Shown here piece after piece: positions 41,570 to 51,335 of a stretch of DNA of 64,000 nucleotides. Each line of letters begins with the position of its first letter. The first letter of the stretch is position 1. The DNA lies in contig CAVUMN010000001.1 in NCBI GenBank assembly GCA_963742735.1, forward strand, positions 192,001-256,000, read 5' to 3'. The stretch comes from an uncultured Actinomycetes bacterium (GTDB taxonomy: Bacteria > Actinomycetota > UBA4738 > JBBDTT01). The notes under the pieces were generated by a model. It saw only the letters and a program-made list of their open reading frames with translations. It was not told the origin of the DNA and made no database searches. The position numbers and the translations under genes are program-made.

Positions 41570-42450
41570 GCGTCGAGGCTCCCGAACGTCATCGCGGGCT
41601 GGAGCTCGCCCTCGTCGGCGTCGCGCTCGTCTGGGGGGCGACCTTCCCGGTGGTCAAGGACGCCGTCGAGATCATCCCGCCGTTCCAGTTCCTCGCGGTG
41701 CGGTTCGGGATCGCCGCCGCGCTCCTGACCCTGGCGTTCGGAAGGGGCCTGCGCGGGTTCGGGTGGAAGCAGCTCGCCGCCGGGACCGCGGCGGGCACCG
41801 CGCTGTTCGCCGGCTACGTCTTCCAGACGATCGGACTGCAGTACACGACCGCCTCGAACGCCGGATTCATCACCGGGCTGTTCGTGGTGTTCACGCCGAT
41901 CCTCACCGCGCTCCTGCTCCGGCGGCTGCCGTCGCGCGGGGCGACCATGGGCGTGGTCGTCGCGACCGCGGGCCTGGCGCTCCTGTCGTTCACCGACCGC
42001 GGGTTCCGCTTCGGGTACGGCGACGTGCTGGTGCTGGGGTGCGCGCTCTCGTTCGCCGTCCACATCGTGATCCTCGGGCGGTTCGCCCCCGATCTCGCCT
42101 CGGGCCCGCTCACGACGATCCAGCTGTGGGTCACCGCGGCGTTCAGCGCCTGGGCCAGCCTGTGGATCGAGACGCCGGTCGACATCCACGGCGGCGACGT
42201 GTGGCTCCCGATCCTGCTCACCGCCATCTACGCGTCGGCGATCGGGTTCTTCATCCAGACCCGGGCCCAGGCGGTGGTCCCGCCCACGCGCACCGCGCTG
42301 ATCCTCGTGTCCGAGCCGGCGTTCGCCGGGCTGTTCGGCTTCCTGCTGCTGGGCGAGGTCCTCACCGCGATCGGCTGGATCGGCGCCGCCCTCATCCTGG
42401 CCGGCATGGTCGTCGCCGAGCTGGCCCCCGCGAAGGCCGGCGAGGGCTAG
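41566..42450 (+). CDS. DMT/EamA-family transporter
   Basis: VWGATF, LAVRF, LQYTTASNAGFITGL, SEPAFAGLFG, about 10 TMs. GTGA overlap with nfo. Confidence 0.9.
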   Translation: MSVEAPERHRGLELALVGVALVWGATFPVVKDAVEIIPPFQFLAVRFGIAAALLTLAFGRGLRGFGWKQLAAGTAAGTALFAGYVFQTIGLQYTTASNAGFITGLFVVFTPILTALLLRRLPSRGATMGVVVATAGLALLSFTDRGFRFGYGDVLVLGCALSFAVHIVILGRFAPDLASGPLTTIQLWVTAAFSAWASLWIETPVDIHGGDVWLPILLTAIYASAIGFFIQTRAQAVVPPTRTALILVSEPAFAGLFGFLLLGEVLTAIGWIGAALILAGMVVAELAPAKAGEG

Positions 42451-42505
42451 CCGGGCGGGTCCCGCCTCGCTACGATCAGCGCCCGCCGATCCGGAGGCGC
42501 CCCAG

Positions 42506-43531
42506 ATGAACCCACAGGTCCCCCCGCCCGAGTCCGTCACCTCCACGGGTCCCCGGTACCTGGGCCGGCGTCATCTCCTGGTCGAGGTCGGCGACGAGGT
42601 CCAGCTTCGGGACCGGCTTCGGCCCGACGATGAGCCGCTCGCCACCTTCTCGGCTACGCCGGACGGATGGGCCAGCGCGCTTGCCAACCTCCGCAGGATC
42701 GACGGACCGGTGCTCGATTCGCGCTCCGGCAGAACCACGAGCCGCCATGTGGCTCGCCCGGAGGACGGCCGCCGGCGACGGCTGGCGATCGCGTTCGGGG
42801 TGATCGTGGTCCTGCTGGTGGCGAGCGTCCCCCTGGCGAGACGGCTCATCGATTCGGGCTCCACGGCGACACGACCTCGGATCCTTCGGAGCGAGGTCAT
42901 CGGTCAGGTCCAGGGCTCCACCATGCTCGTCCTGGCCTACAAGGAAACGGTGACGGCGGAGGGGCTCCTGCAGGAGTGGCACGTCGGCAGCGGTTGGGTC
43001 TACGACGTGTCCCGGGGGCTCATCGTCACCAACGCCCACGTGGTCCGGGACGGGACGGAATTCCAGGCCGGGCCATCCGCGAACCTGGAAGCCGCCACGC
43101 GAGAGGCCATGGCGTATTGCGGCGAGCTGGACCTGGCCATCCTCCGCGTGGGCACGATCAGCCTCCCGGCCCTGGGGATGGCGCCCGACGATTCCGCACG
43201 GCCCGGCGACCTGGTCTACGCCGCCGGCTATCCGCCGAGTCGCGTGAGCAACCCCGGGGCGAGAACCCTCAGATCGATCCCGCTGAGCTGGAGCGACGGG
43301 AAGATCGAGTCGCGCCCCGACGACGGCATCGGTGAGTACCTCTTCCACTCGGCGGAGCTGGACAACGGGAACTCGGGCGGCCCGCTCGTGAACACCTCCG
43401 GACAGCTCGTGGGGATGAACACGGCCACCACTCGGGTCACGGGGGTAGGCGTCGCCATCCCCGTCGACGTCCTGCGCGAGACCATCCCGAGGATGCTCGC
43501 GGGCGACGACGTCTGCGCCCAGCAGGGCTAG
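42506..43531 (+). CDS. Membrane-anchored trypsin-like (S1C) serine protease, no PDZ domain
   Basis: Catalytic triad motifs TNAHVV, LDLAIL, GNSGGPL. One TM. RBS GGAGG. Confidence 0.85.
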   Translation: MNPQVPPPESVTSTGPRYLGRRHLLVEVGDEVQLRDRLRPDDEPLATFSATPDGWASALANLRRIDGPVLDSRSGRTTSRHVARPEDGRRRRLAIAFGVIVVLLVASVPLARRLIDSGSTATRPRILRSEVIGQVQGSTMLVLAYKETVTAEGLLQEWHVGSGWVYDVSRGLIVTNAHVVRDGTEFQAGPSANLEAATREAMAYCGELDLAILRVGTISLPALGMAPDDSARPGDLVYAAGYPPSRVSNPGARTLRSIPLSWSDGKIESRPDDGIGEYLFHSAELDNGNSGGPLVNTSGQLVGMNTATTRVTGVGVAIPVDVLRETIPRMLAGDDVCAQQG

Positions 43532-44547
43532 CCGGCCAGGGAGCGCCAGGCGGCCACGGCGGCGTCGACGCCGGCGTCGTCCACGTCGAGGTGGGTGACG
43601 AGCCTGAGCCTTCCGGCGACGACGTTCGTCAACACGTCGGCGTCCAGCAGACGCTCGCGGGCCTCGTACGGCCCGAGGCCGACCGGCTCGGTGTCCACGA
43701 ACAGGATGTTGGTCTCGACGTCCGCGGGGTCGACCGCCCCCGGGGTGGCTTCGGCGATCCCCTCGGCCAGGCGGCGGGCGCGCTCGTGGTCCTCGTGGAG
43801 GCGCTTCGGACCCTCCTCGAGCGCCACGAGCCCGGCGGCGGCGATGACGCCGGCCTGCCGCCACGCCCCGCCGAACAGCATCTTCGTTCGACGGGCCTCC
43901 TCGACGAACCCCGCTGACCCGCACACCATCGAACCGATCGGCGCGCCGAGTCCCTTCGACAGGCAGAACATCAGCGAGTCGGCCTCGGCCGCGAACTCCG
44001 GCACGGGCACTCCGGACGCGACGCCGGCGTTGAAGATCCGCGCACCGTCCAGGTGCACCGGCAGGCCCGCGTCGGCGGCGACCTTGTGGATGCCCCGGGC
44101 GTCGTCGAGGGACATCACGGTCCCCCCGCTGATCTGGTGGGTGTTCTCGATCGACACGAGCCCGACCACGCCGAACGGGTCGGGCACGATCGCCTCCGCG
44201 ACCGCCTCGGGCGTGAGCCGTCCCCGCTCGGTGGGAATCGGCTTGTAGGAGATCCCCGAGAGCGTCGCCGCCGAGTTCAGCTCAACGGTGTTCACGTGGC
44301 TGAACTGCTCGCACACCACGCGCTGGCCGTTGCGGGTGAACACGTGGTGGGCGATGCGGTTGGCCATCGAGCCCGTGGCGACGTAGAGGGCGGCCTCCTT
44401 GCCGGTGGCCTCGGCGGCCCGCTCCTGGAGGCGATTGACCGTTGGATCGTCGCCGTACCAGTCGTCGCCGACCTCGGCGGCGGACATCGCCCGGCGCATG
44501 GCCTCCGAGGGCTTTGTTACGGTGTCCGACCGCAGGTCGACGAGCAC
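43528..44547 (-). CDS. ltaE: Low-specificity L-threonine aldolase
   Basis: [48 protein letters not shown]. Confidence 0.93.
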   Translation of the reverse strand: MLVDLRSDTVTKPSEAMRRAMSAAEVGDDWYGDDPTVNRLQERAAEATGKEAALYVATGSMANRIAHHVFTRNGQRVVCEQFSHVNTVELNSAATLSGISYKPIPTERGRLTPEAVAEAIVPDPFGVVGLVSIENTHQISGGTVMSLDDARGIHKVAADAGLPVHLDGARIFNAGVASGVPVPEFAAEADSLMFCLSKGLGAPIGSMVCGSAGFVEEARRTKMLFGGAWRQAGVIAAAGLVALEEGPKRLHEDHERARRLAEGIAEATPGAVDPADVETNILFVDTEPVGLGPYEARERLLDADVLTNVVAGRLRLVTHLDVDDAGVDAAVAAWRSLAG

Positions 44548-44560
44548 GGAGGAAGCCTAG

Positions 44561-45502
44561 ATGAGGTTCCTGATCGCGGGCACCGGCGGGGTGGGCGGCT
44601 ACTACGGCGGACGCCTGCTCGCCGCCGGCCACGACGTCTGGTTCCTCGCCCGCGGCGCGAACCTGGAGGGCCTCCGCTCGAAGGGCCTCAGCGTCCACAG
44701 CGATTTCGGCGACGTCGCGTTCGAGCGCGTGAACGCGACCGACACCGCCGCCGACGCGGGCCCGGTCGACGTCGTCGTCGTCTGCGTGAAGGTCTACGAC
44801 AACGAGGCGGCCGCGGACGCCGTCGACGTCGCGGTCGGCCCGGACACCGCGATCGTGTCCCTGCAGAACGGCGTGGAGAACGAGGCCTTCCTCTCGGGGC
44901 GCTTCCCGCAGGCCGAGATCGTCGCCGGCATCTCCAGGATCGAGGCGTGGGTCGAGGAGCCCGGCGTCGTCTACCAGCGCGGCCCCCAGACGAACCTGAC
45001 GATCGGCGCCCCGAACGGAGGGCCGTCGAAACGGGCGGAGGAGATCGCCGCGGCCTTCTCGGAGGCCGGGGTCCCCTGCGAGACCAGCGAGGACATGCCG
45101 ACCGTCCTGTGGTTCAAGCTCCTGGGCATCTGCGGGTTCGGTGGCGTGAGCGCGTACTGCCGCTGTACGCTCGGCGAGATCCTCGCCGACACCGATCTCC
45201 GCGAGCTGATCGGCGGCTGCTGGCGCGAGTGCGGCGAGGTCGCCCGGGCACGCGGCATCGGCCTGCCCGAGGACGCCGTGGCGGCCATGCTCTCCTACGG
45301 TGAGAACGTGCTGAACCCCGAGTTCAAGTCCTCGATGTGCCGCGACGTCGAGCGCGGCAAGCCCCTCGAGGTGGAGTGGCTGAACGGGGCCGTGGTTCGG
45401 TTCGGCCGGGAGGCCGGCATCCCCACCCCCGCGAATCAGCGGGTCCTCGACGAGCTCCTCCCCCTGCATCAGGCGGCCATGGCCGCACGGGCCGCGTCGT
45501 GA
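44561..45502 (+). CDS. panE: 2-dehydropantoate 2-reductase (ApbA/PanE family)
   Basis: GTGGVGGYYG, CVK, SLQNG, WFKL, SSMCRDVERGKPLEVEWLNG. Confidence 0.88.
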   Translation: MRFLIAGTGGVGGYYGGRLLAAGHDVWFLARGANLEGLRSKGLSVHSDFGDVAFERVNATDTAADAGPVDVVVVCVKVYDNEAAADAVDVAVGPDTAIVSLQNGVENEAFLSGRFPQAEIVAGISRIEAWVEEPGVVYQRGPQTNLTIGAPNGGPSKRAEEIAAAFSEAGVPCETSEDMPTVLWFKLLGICGFGGVSAYCRCTLGEILADTDLRELIGGCWRECGEVARARGIGLPEDAVAAMLSYGENVLNPEFKSSMCRDVERGKPLEVEWLNGAVVRFGREAGIPTPANQRVLDELLPLHQAAMAARAAS

Positions 45503-46365
45503 CGCTCGAGGAGGACGCCGCCGCGGCCGTCGGGGAACCCGTCGCCGCCGCGGCCGTCTTCGAGGCCAACGCCGGAAAGCTGCAGGCCTTCCCCGAAGAC
45601 GACCGGAAACCGCGCCGGCGCGGCTACGTGATCGCGGTGACCGCCGCCGCCATCCACGTTCTGCCCGCCGACCTCAACGTGGGGGGGACGAAGATCACCG
45701 GAAAGCTCCTGGAGTGGGACCGGGCCGGGACCCACGTCCACGGCAGGCCGTACGGGACCCACGTCAAGCTCGCGCTGGAGGGCCCCGACGGCCGCCTGCT
45801 GGAGCTGGAGGCGCCGCGGGCAAGGGGCCGGTCGGTGGCGATGATCGACCTCCTGGCGGGCGAGGGGTGGGCGCGCCGGGCCGTCCTGGGCCAGGACGAC
45901 GTCCCCGAGACCACCGTGCGCAAGCTCGCCGGGGTGGGCCTGATCGCCGGCGCGGCGCTGTACGCCCTCGCCTCGTTCGTCCCCTGGCTTCGGCTCGGCG
46001 GCCTCGGGGGAAGCACCGCCATCGGCGGCGTCGACCTGATCGGGATCGGCTACCTGTGGCTGGGCGGGTTCGCCGCGATCGAGGGGATCGCCCCCGTCGC
46101 CGGGTGGGCGTACGCGCGCCGCATGGGGATCGGCCCCATCCTGACCGGCGGCCTGGGAACCTGGTTCGTGATCCGGGACTACTCCGACATCCAGGAGTCG
46201 CTCCGCGCCGCGAGGGCCGAGTTCACCGTGGTGAACTGGTCCTGGAGCGCGGGCTTCTACGCCGCCGTCGCCGGGACCGTGATCATCCTGGTCGCCGGCA
46301 TCGTGATGGTGGCGGCCAAGCCGAAGTTCCCCACCGCGACCGCCCCCGCCCCGGCGCCGGACTAG
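45499..46365 (+). CDS. Hypothetical membrane protein (soluble N-domain plus 4 TMs)
   Basis: GTGA overlap with panE, GC3-rich frame, hydrophobic C-terminal half. Confidence 0.6.
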   Translation: MTLEEDAAAAVGEPVAAAAVFEANAGKLQAFPEDDRKPRRRGYVIAVTAAAIHVLPADLNVGGTKITGKLLEWDRAGTHVHGRPYGTHVKLALEGPDGRLLELEAPRARGRSVAMIDLLAGEGWARRAVLGQDDVPETTVRKLAGVGLIAGAALYALASFVPWLRLGGLGGSTAIGGVDLIGIGYLWLGGFAAIEGIAPVAGWAYARRMGIGPILTGGLGTWFVIRDYSDIQESLRAARAEFTVVNWSWSAGFYAAVAGTVIILVAGIVMVAAKPKFPTATAPAPAPD

Positions 46366-46379
46366 CCCGCCGGTTCGCG

Positions 46380-47411
46380 TCAGCCGAAGAAGACCTGAGC
46401 GACCTCGTAGAGCTCCTGCGGGACGGTCTTGAGCCGGGCCACCGCGTCGTCCAGGGGGACGCTCACGATGTCGTTGCCGCGCAACGAGACCATCCTTCCC
46501 CATTCGGCCGCGGCGGCCAGATCGATCGCCGCCACCCCGTAGCGCGTCGCCAGCACGCGGTCGTACGCCGTGGGCGTCCCGCCGCGCTGCACGTGGCCGA
46601 GGATCGTGACGCGCGTGTCGAAGCCGGTCCGGTGCTGGAGGGCGTCGGCGATGATCGTCGAGATCCCGCCCAGCCGGGGACGGCCGAACTCGTCACGCTC
46701 GTACTCGGGCACGTCCATGGTCCCCTCGCGCGGAAGCGCGCCCTCGGCGACGACCACGATCGAGAACGAGTGCCCCGCCGAGTGGCGGTGGCGCAGGTGG
46801 TTGGCCACCTCCGCGATGTCGAACGGGTATTCGGGGATGAGGATGACGTCCGCACCGCCCGCCAGGCCCGCGTACAGGCCGATCCAACCCGCGTGGCGCC
46901 CCATCACCTCCAGGACCATGACCCGGTTGTGGCTCTCGGCGGTCGTGTGCAGCCGGTCGATCGCGTCGCACGCGATCTGGACGGCCGTGTCGAACCCGAA
47001 CGTGTAGTCGGTGGAAGCCAGGTCGTTGTCGATCGTCTTCGGCACGCCGATGACGTTGAGGCCCTCCCGGACCATCGCCGCGGCGCACGACAGCGTGCCC
47101 TCGCCCCCCACGACGATGAGGCCCTCGATGTTGTAGGCGGCCAGGTTCTCCTTCACGAGCTCGAGCCCGCCCTCGACCTTGAAGGGATTCGTCCGGGACG
47201 TTCCGAGGATCGTCCCGCCGCGGTGCAGGATCCCGCGGGCGCTCTCGGGGGTCAGCTCCATGACCGCCCCGTCCATGACGCCGCGCCACCCGTTGCGGAA
47301 CCCGATGATCACGTCGCCGTGGTCCTGGCATCCCTTGCGGACCACCGCCCGGGTCACGGCGTTGAGTCCCGGGCAGTCGCCGCCCCCGGTGAGGATGCCG
47401 ATCCTGGCCAT
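46380..47411 (-). CDS. pfkA: 6-phosphofructokinase
   Basis: GILTGGGDCPGLN, GGTILGTSR, PKTIDND, EVMGRHAGWI, LGHVQRGG. Confidence 0.96.
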   Translation of the reverse strand: MARIGILTGGGDCPGLNAVTRAVVRKGCQDHGDVIIGFRNGWRGVMDGAVMELTPESARGILHRGGTILGTSRTNPFKVEGGLELVKENLAAYNIEGLIVVGGEGTLSCAAAMVREGLNVIGVPKTIDNDLASTDYTFGFDTAVQIACDAIDRLHTTAESHNRVMVLEVMGRHAGWIGLYAGLAGGADVILIPEYPFDIAEVANHLRHRHSAGHSFSIVVVAEGALPREGTMDVPEYERDEFGRPRLGGISTIIADALQHRTGFDTRVTILGHVQRGGTPTAYDRVLATRYGVAAIDLAAAAEWGRMVSLRGNDIVSVPLDDAVARLKTVPQELYEVAQVFFG

Positions 47412-47598
47412 GTCCCGCTTCTCCGTCCTTGAGGGATTCAGCAAGCTTCGGGCGGTTCAAGGGTCTTTACGCGTCGACGCCCGGCCGGTCGGATTGTAGA
47501 CTCGGGCCTCTCGCCACAGGACTTGGGGAAGGGTCCGGGGCACTCGAAGCTTCCCTTCACACGCCGAAGACACGGGCTCGCACGTGCCGGAGGACGGA

Positions 47599-48525
47599 AT
47601 GCGGAAGACGATCATCGCGAGCGTGGTGCTCGTGCTCGCGTTTGGAACGGGTGCCTTCGCTCAGGACCTCGACGCCGACATCGCCGGCGCGGCGGACGAC
47701 GCTGCGGCGGCGCAGGCGCGCCTGGACGCCCTCGCCGCCGAGGTCGGCCTGCTCGGGGCCGAGCTGAGGCAGGTGGAGGCCACCGAGGACCTCCTGATCC
47801 GGGCCATCCTCCGCGCCGAGCGCGCGCAGGCCCTCATGTGGGCCAAGCTCCAGGACTCCCGCGAGGTCCTGGCGCACCGCGCGGCCGCGGCCTACCAGGT
47901 CGGACCGGCCGCGACCCTCGAGGTCATCCTGTCCGTGACCAGCCCCTCCGAGCTGGCCTCGGCGCAGGCGTTCACGGAACGGGCCTTCGGGTCCGACACC
48001 GAGCTGATCGCCACCGTCGAACAGCGCCGCGAGGAGGTCGAGGCGAACCAGACGCTGCTGAAGGAGCAGCGCGAGGCCCTCGAGGTCGAGCGCCAGCGCG
48101 TCCAGAAGCTGTTCGAGCAGATCTCGATCCGCCTGCGCGAGGCCGAGGCCGTCGCCCGGGCCGCACACCTGCGCGTGGCCCAGCTCGAGCAGCGCAAGCG
48201 CGAGATCGAGGAGGCGGCACGGCGCGAGGCCCTTCGCCAGGCGCTGCTGGACGGCGCCGGGCGGGGAGGCCCCTGGTCGGCCGACTGGGACGCCATCGCC
48301 ATGTGCGAGTCGAGCGGGAACTGGGCCGCGAACACCGGCAACGGCTACTGGGGCGGCCTCCAGTTCCATCCCAGCACCTGGTACGCCTACGGCGGCGGCC
48401 CGTTCGACGGCAAGGGGCCGTTCCCGTACACGCGCGCGGAGCAGATCCCGGTCGCCGAGAAGGTGCTGGACAGCCAGGGCCCCGGCGCATGGCCCCACTG
48501 CTACCGGTCCAACTACGCCGCCCTC
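47599..48525 (+). CDS. Secreted coiled-coil protein with a C-terminal Rpf (resuscitation-promoting factor) transglycosylase domain; no stop before glpK
   Basis: RBS GGAGG, signal peptide [21 protein letters not shown], long coiled coil, [30 protein letters not shown]...[20 protein letters not shown]. Confidence 0.88.
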
Positions 48526-50019
48526 TTGAGCGTCCTCGCCATCGACGCCGGCACCACCGGCGTCACCGCCCTCGTCGTGGCCGAGGACGGCTCGGTGGCC
48601 GGGAAGGGCTACCGTGAGTTCCCCCAGCAGTTCCCGCGCCCGGGCTGGGTGGAGCACGACCCCGAGGCCTGGTGGGCGGCCACCCTCGTCTCGGTCCGGG
48701 AGGCGCTCGCCTCGGCCGGCCGTGAGCCGGGCGACCTGGCCGCGCTCGGGATCACCAACCAGCGCGAGACCACCGTGCTGTGGGACCGGGAGTCGCTGCG
48801 CCCCATCGGACCGGCCATCGTGTGGCAGGACCGCCGCACGGCCGCCGAGTGCGACCGCCTGAAGGCGGAGGGGTGGGAGGACCGGGTCCGCGAACGGACC
48901 GGCCTGGTGATCGACGCGTACTTCTCGGGGACGAAGATCGCCTGGCTGCTCGACCACGTCGACGGCGCCCGCGAGGCTGCCGAGGCCGGCCGGCTGGCGT
49001 TCGGGACCGTGGACTGCTACCTGGTGGCGCGGCTGACGGGCGGGACGGTCCACGCGACCGAAGGGACCAACGCGTCACGAACGATGGTCTTCGACATCCA
49101 CCGGCTGGACTGGGACGACGAGCTCCTGGAGCACCTTCGGATCCCGCGCGGGGTGCTTCCGGAGGTTCGGCCCTCGAGCGGAGACTTCGGCTCGACCGAC
49201 CCGAAGGCGTTCCTGGGGGCGAGCATCCCCATCGCGGGCATCGCCGGCGATCAGCAGGCGGCCCTGTTCGGCCAGGCCTGCTTCACGCCCGGCGCCACGA
49301 AGAACACGTACGGGACGGGCTCGTTCGTGCTGATGAACACCGGGCCGGAGGCCCCCATCAGCCGCGAGGGACTGCTGACCACCATCGCGGTGGGCCACGC
49401 GGACCACGCGGAGTACGCGTTGGAGGGGGCCATCTTCGTCACCGGGGCCGCGGTGCAGTGGCTGCGCGACGGCCTGGGGATCATCCACGAGGCCGCCGAG
49501 ACCGGCCCCCTGGCGGCGAGCGTCCCGGACACCGAGGGCGTGTACTTCGTCCCCGCGCTGGTGGGGCTCGGCGCGCCGTGGTGGGACCCCTACGCGCGGG
49601 GGACGATCGTGGGCATCACCCGCGGGACCACGCGCGCCCACCTGGCCCGGGCCACCGTCGAGGCCATGGCGTTCCAGACCCGCGACGTGGTGGCAGCAAT
49701 GAGCCGTGAGGCCGCCCTGCCGGTCACCGAGCTGAAGGCCGACGGGGGCGCCTCCGCCATGGACCTGCTGATGCAGGAGCAGGCCGACCAGCTCGGCGTC
49801 CCGGTGATGCGCCCGGTCGTCCAGGAGACGACCGCCATGGGCGCCGCCTACCTGGCCGGGCTGGGAACGGGGGTGTGGTCCTCCCGGGAGGAGGTGGCCT
49901 CGCACTGGAAGCTCGACGCCCGGTTCGAGCCCGGCGACCGCGCGGCCGCCGACGCCCGGCATGCCGGCTGGATCCGGGCCGTGGAACGGTCCCGAGGGTG
50001 GGCCAGCCCGGAATCCTGA
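48526..50019 (+). CDS. glpK: Glycerol kinase
   Basis: [67 protein letters not shown] start is in frame with the Rpf ORF. Confidence 0.95.
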   Translation: MSVLAIDAGTTGVTALVVAEDGSVAGKGYREFPQQFPRPGWVEHDPEAWWAATLVSVREALASAGREPGDLAALGITNQRETTVLWDRESLRPIGPAIVWQDRRTAAECDRLKAEGWEDRVRERTGLVIDAYFSGTKIAWLLDHVDGAREAAEAGRLAFGTVDCYLVARLTGGTVHATEGTNASRTMVFDIHRLDWDDELLEHLRIPRGVLPEVRPSSGDFGSTDPKAFLGASIPIAGIAGDQQAALFGQACFTPGATKNTYGTGSFVLMNTGPEAPISREGLLTTIAVGHADHAEYALEGAIFVTGAAVQWLRDGLGIIHEAAETGPLAASVPDTEGVYFVPALVGLGAPWWDPYARGTIVGITRGTTRAHLARATVEAMAFQTRDVVAAMSREAALPVTELKADGGASAMDLLMQEQADQLGVPVMRPVVQETTAMGAAYLAGLGTGVWSSREEVASHWKLDARFEPGDRAAADARHAGWIRAVERSRGWASPES

Positions 50020-50071
50020 GCCCCCCGGGAACGTTCCGGACGACGAGCCCGTCTCTATCCACGGGGTTGAC

Positions 50072-50097
50072 GTTTCGGACAACTCCGGCACGGGTAT
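50072..50097 (+). promoter_or_regulatory. SigF/SigB-type general-stress promoter candidate
   Basis: GTTT-N16-GGGTAT matches the mycobacterial SigF consensus GTTT-N15-17-GGGTA. Confidence 0.6.
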
Positions 50098-50163
50098 CGA
50101 GCGGTCGCCCCCGATACCAATCTCGCGCCACCGGGGAAGCGCGGGGCACCGAAAGGAGCACGA

Positions 50164-50349
50164 GTGCCACGCTGTCCTGCCTGTGAGTCGTTCCGAATCG
50201 TCGTCGTCCTGAGTCCCGAGCGCCGCGCGTTCTGCGTCAGATGCGGCGCGCGCTGGCTTCAGGACGGTTCCGTTCAGCGTGCCGTTCGCACGGCGCCGGC
50301 GCTGCCGCCGGTGTCGGCCTCACGCTCGCCCGAGACCCAGCCCGCCTAG
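50164..50349 (+). CDS. Small zinc-ribbon-like protein
   Basis: 61 aa with CPAC...CVRC. Strong RBS AAAGGAG 5 nt before the GTG. Confidence 0.65.
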   Translation: MPRCPACESFRIVVVLSPERRAFCVRCGARWLQDGSVQRAVRTAPALPPVSASRSPETQPA

Positions 50350-51323
50350 GAGTCCTCGGTCTGGGGGGCGCCCGCGCCCCCCGTCCGCCCGCCCCCGAGC
50401 GCCTTCTTCGCCTCTCCCGCCCGCTCCCGCGCCGCGAGCGCGGCCGCCGTGAGGCCCACCCGCGCCCGCAGTACCGCACCGGCCTTCCGCGCACCCCGCG
50501 GATACCCCAGATCGGCCAGGAGCCCGCCGGCGAGGGCCTCGAAGGCCTCCACGTCCCCCTCGGCCATCTCCGTCCGCCAGTCCCGTGCGCCCTCCTGCGG
50601 CGGCGTGGCCGCCCGGGCGTGGTACGGGAGCCCCGACGCGGGCGCCAGCCGGTCGCGATCCACGTCCCTGGCGTGCTCGAGCATCCTGGGGTCGAAGGCG
50701 AGCTCCACGAAGGCGCACAGCCGCTCGAGGGTCGCGCGGGGACCGGCCACGAGGTCCTCGTAGCGGACCTCGTGGTAGCGGCCCGGTCCGAGCACCGCGC
50801 CGGACGCGCGGCCGGCGCCGACGTCGCGCCGCCACTTCCACGCCGCCTCCAGAACGCTCCTCGGCCCCCACGGCACCGAGAGATAGGACAGGGCGACCTC
50901 GCGCCCGTCGCGGATCAGGTGCACGAACCGGGCCTCCGGCCACAGCCGGGAGAGCAGCCCCACGTGGCGGACGTAGATCGGCGTCTTGTCGGCCCACCGC
51001 CGCTTGCCGTGATGCTCGGCGTTGGCCAGGAACGCCCGCTCGATGACGTTCGCGAACGTCGGCCGTTCCAGGGCCCGGACGCTCTCCAGGTAGCGCTCGG
51101 GCGGGATCTTCCAGTGTCCGAAGTGCGGGGTGCGGGCGACGGCCGCGGCCAGGGCCCCGGCGTCAAGCCGGCCGTCCCGCTCGAAGCGGCCGCGTCGCCG
51201 CCACAGCGGCGGGATGAAGTGCGACTCCCCCGGCACCGCCAGCTCCGGGTGGGCGTCGAGCATCAGCCGGAGCATGGTCGAGCCCGACCGCCCGCATCCC
51301 ACCACGAAGAACGGCGCGTCCAT
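50346..51323 (-). CDS. PAPS-dependent sulfotransferase
   Basis: FFVVGCGRSGSTMLR (5'-PSB loop), WADKTP, HLIRDGREVALS (3'-PB), VRYEDLV. Confidence 0.92.
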   Translation of the reverse strand: MDAPFFVVGCGRSGSTMLRLMLDAHPELAVPGESHFIPPLWRRRGRFERDGRLDAGALAAAVARTPHFGHWKIPPERYLESVRALERPTFANVIERAFLANAEHHGKRRWADKTPIYVRHVGLLSRLWPEARFVHLIRDGREVALSYLSVPWGPRSVLEAAWKWRRDVGAGRASGAVLGPGRYHEVRYEDLVAGPRATLERLCAFVELAFDPRMLEHARDVDRDRLAPASGLPYHARAATPPQEGARDWRTEMAEGDVEAFEALAGGLLADLGYPRGARKAGAVLRARVGLTAAALAARERAGEAKKALGGGRTGGAGAPQTEDS

Positions 51324-51335
51324 CGCCTGAAGTGT

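Noticed and set aside
47430-47598. c-di-AMP (ydaO) riboswitch expected upstream of an rpf gene
   Set aside because: The conserved ydaO blocks (GCCGAATCC, GGAACC..GGGG, CCGTCAGCTAAC) are absent.
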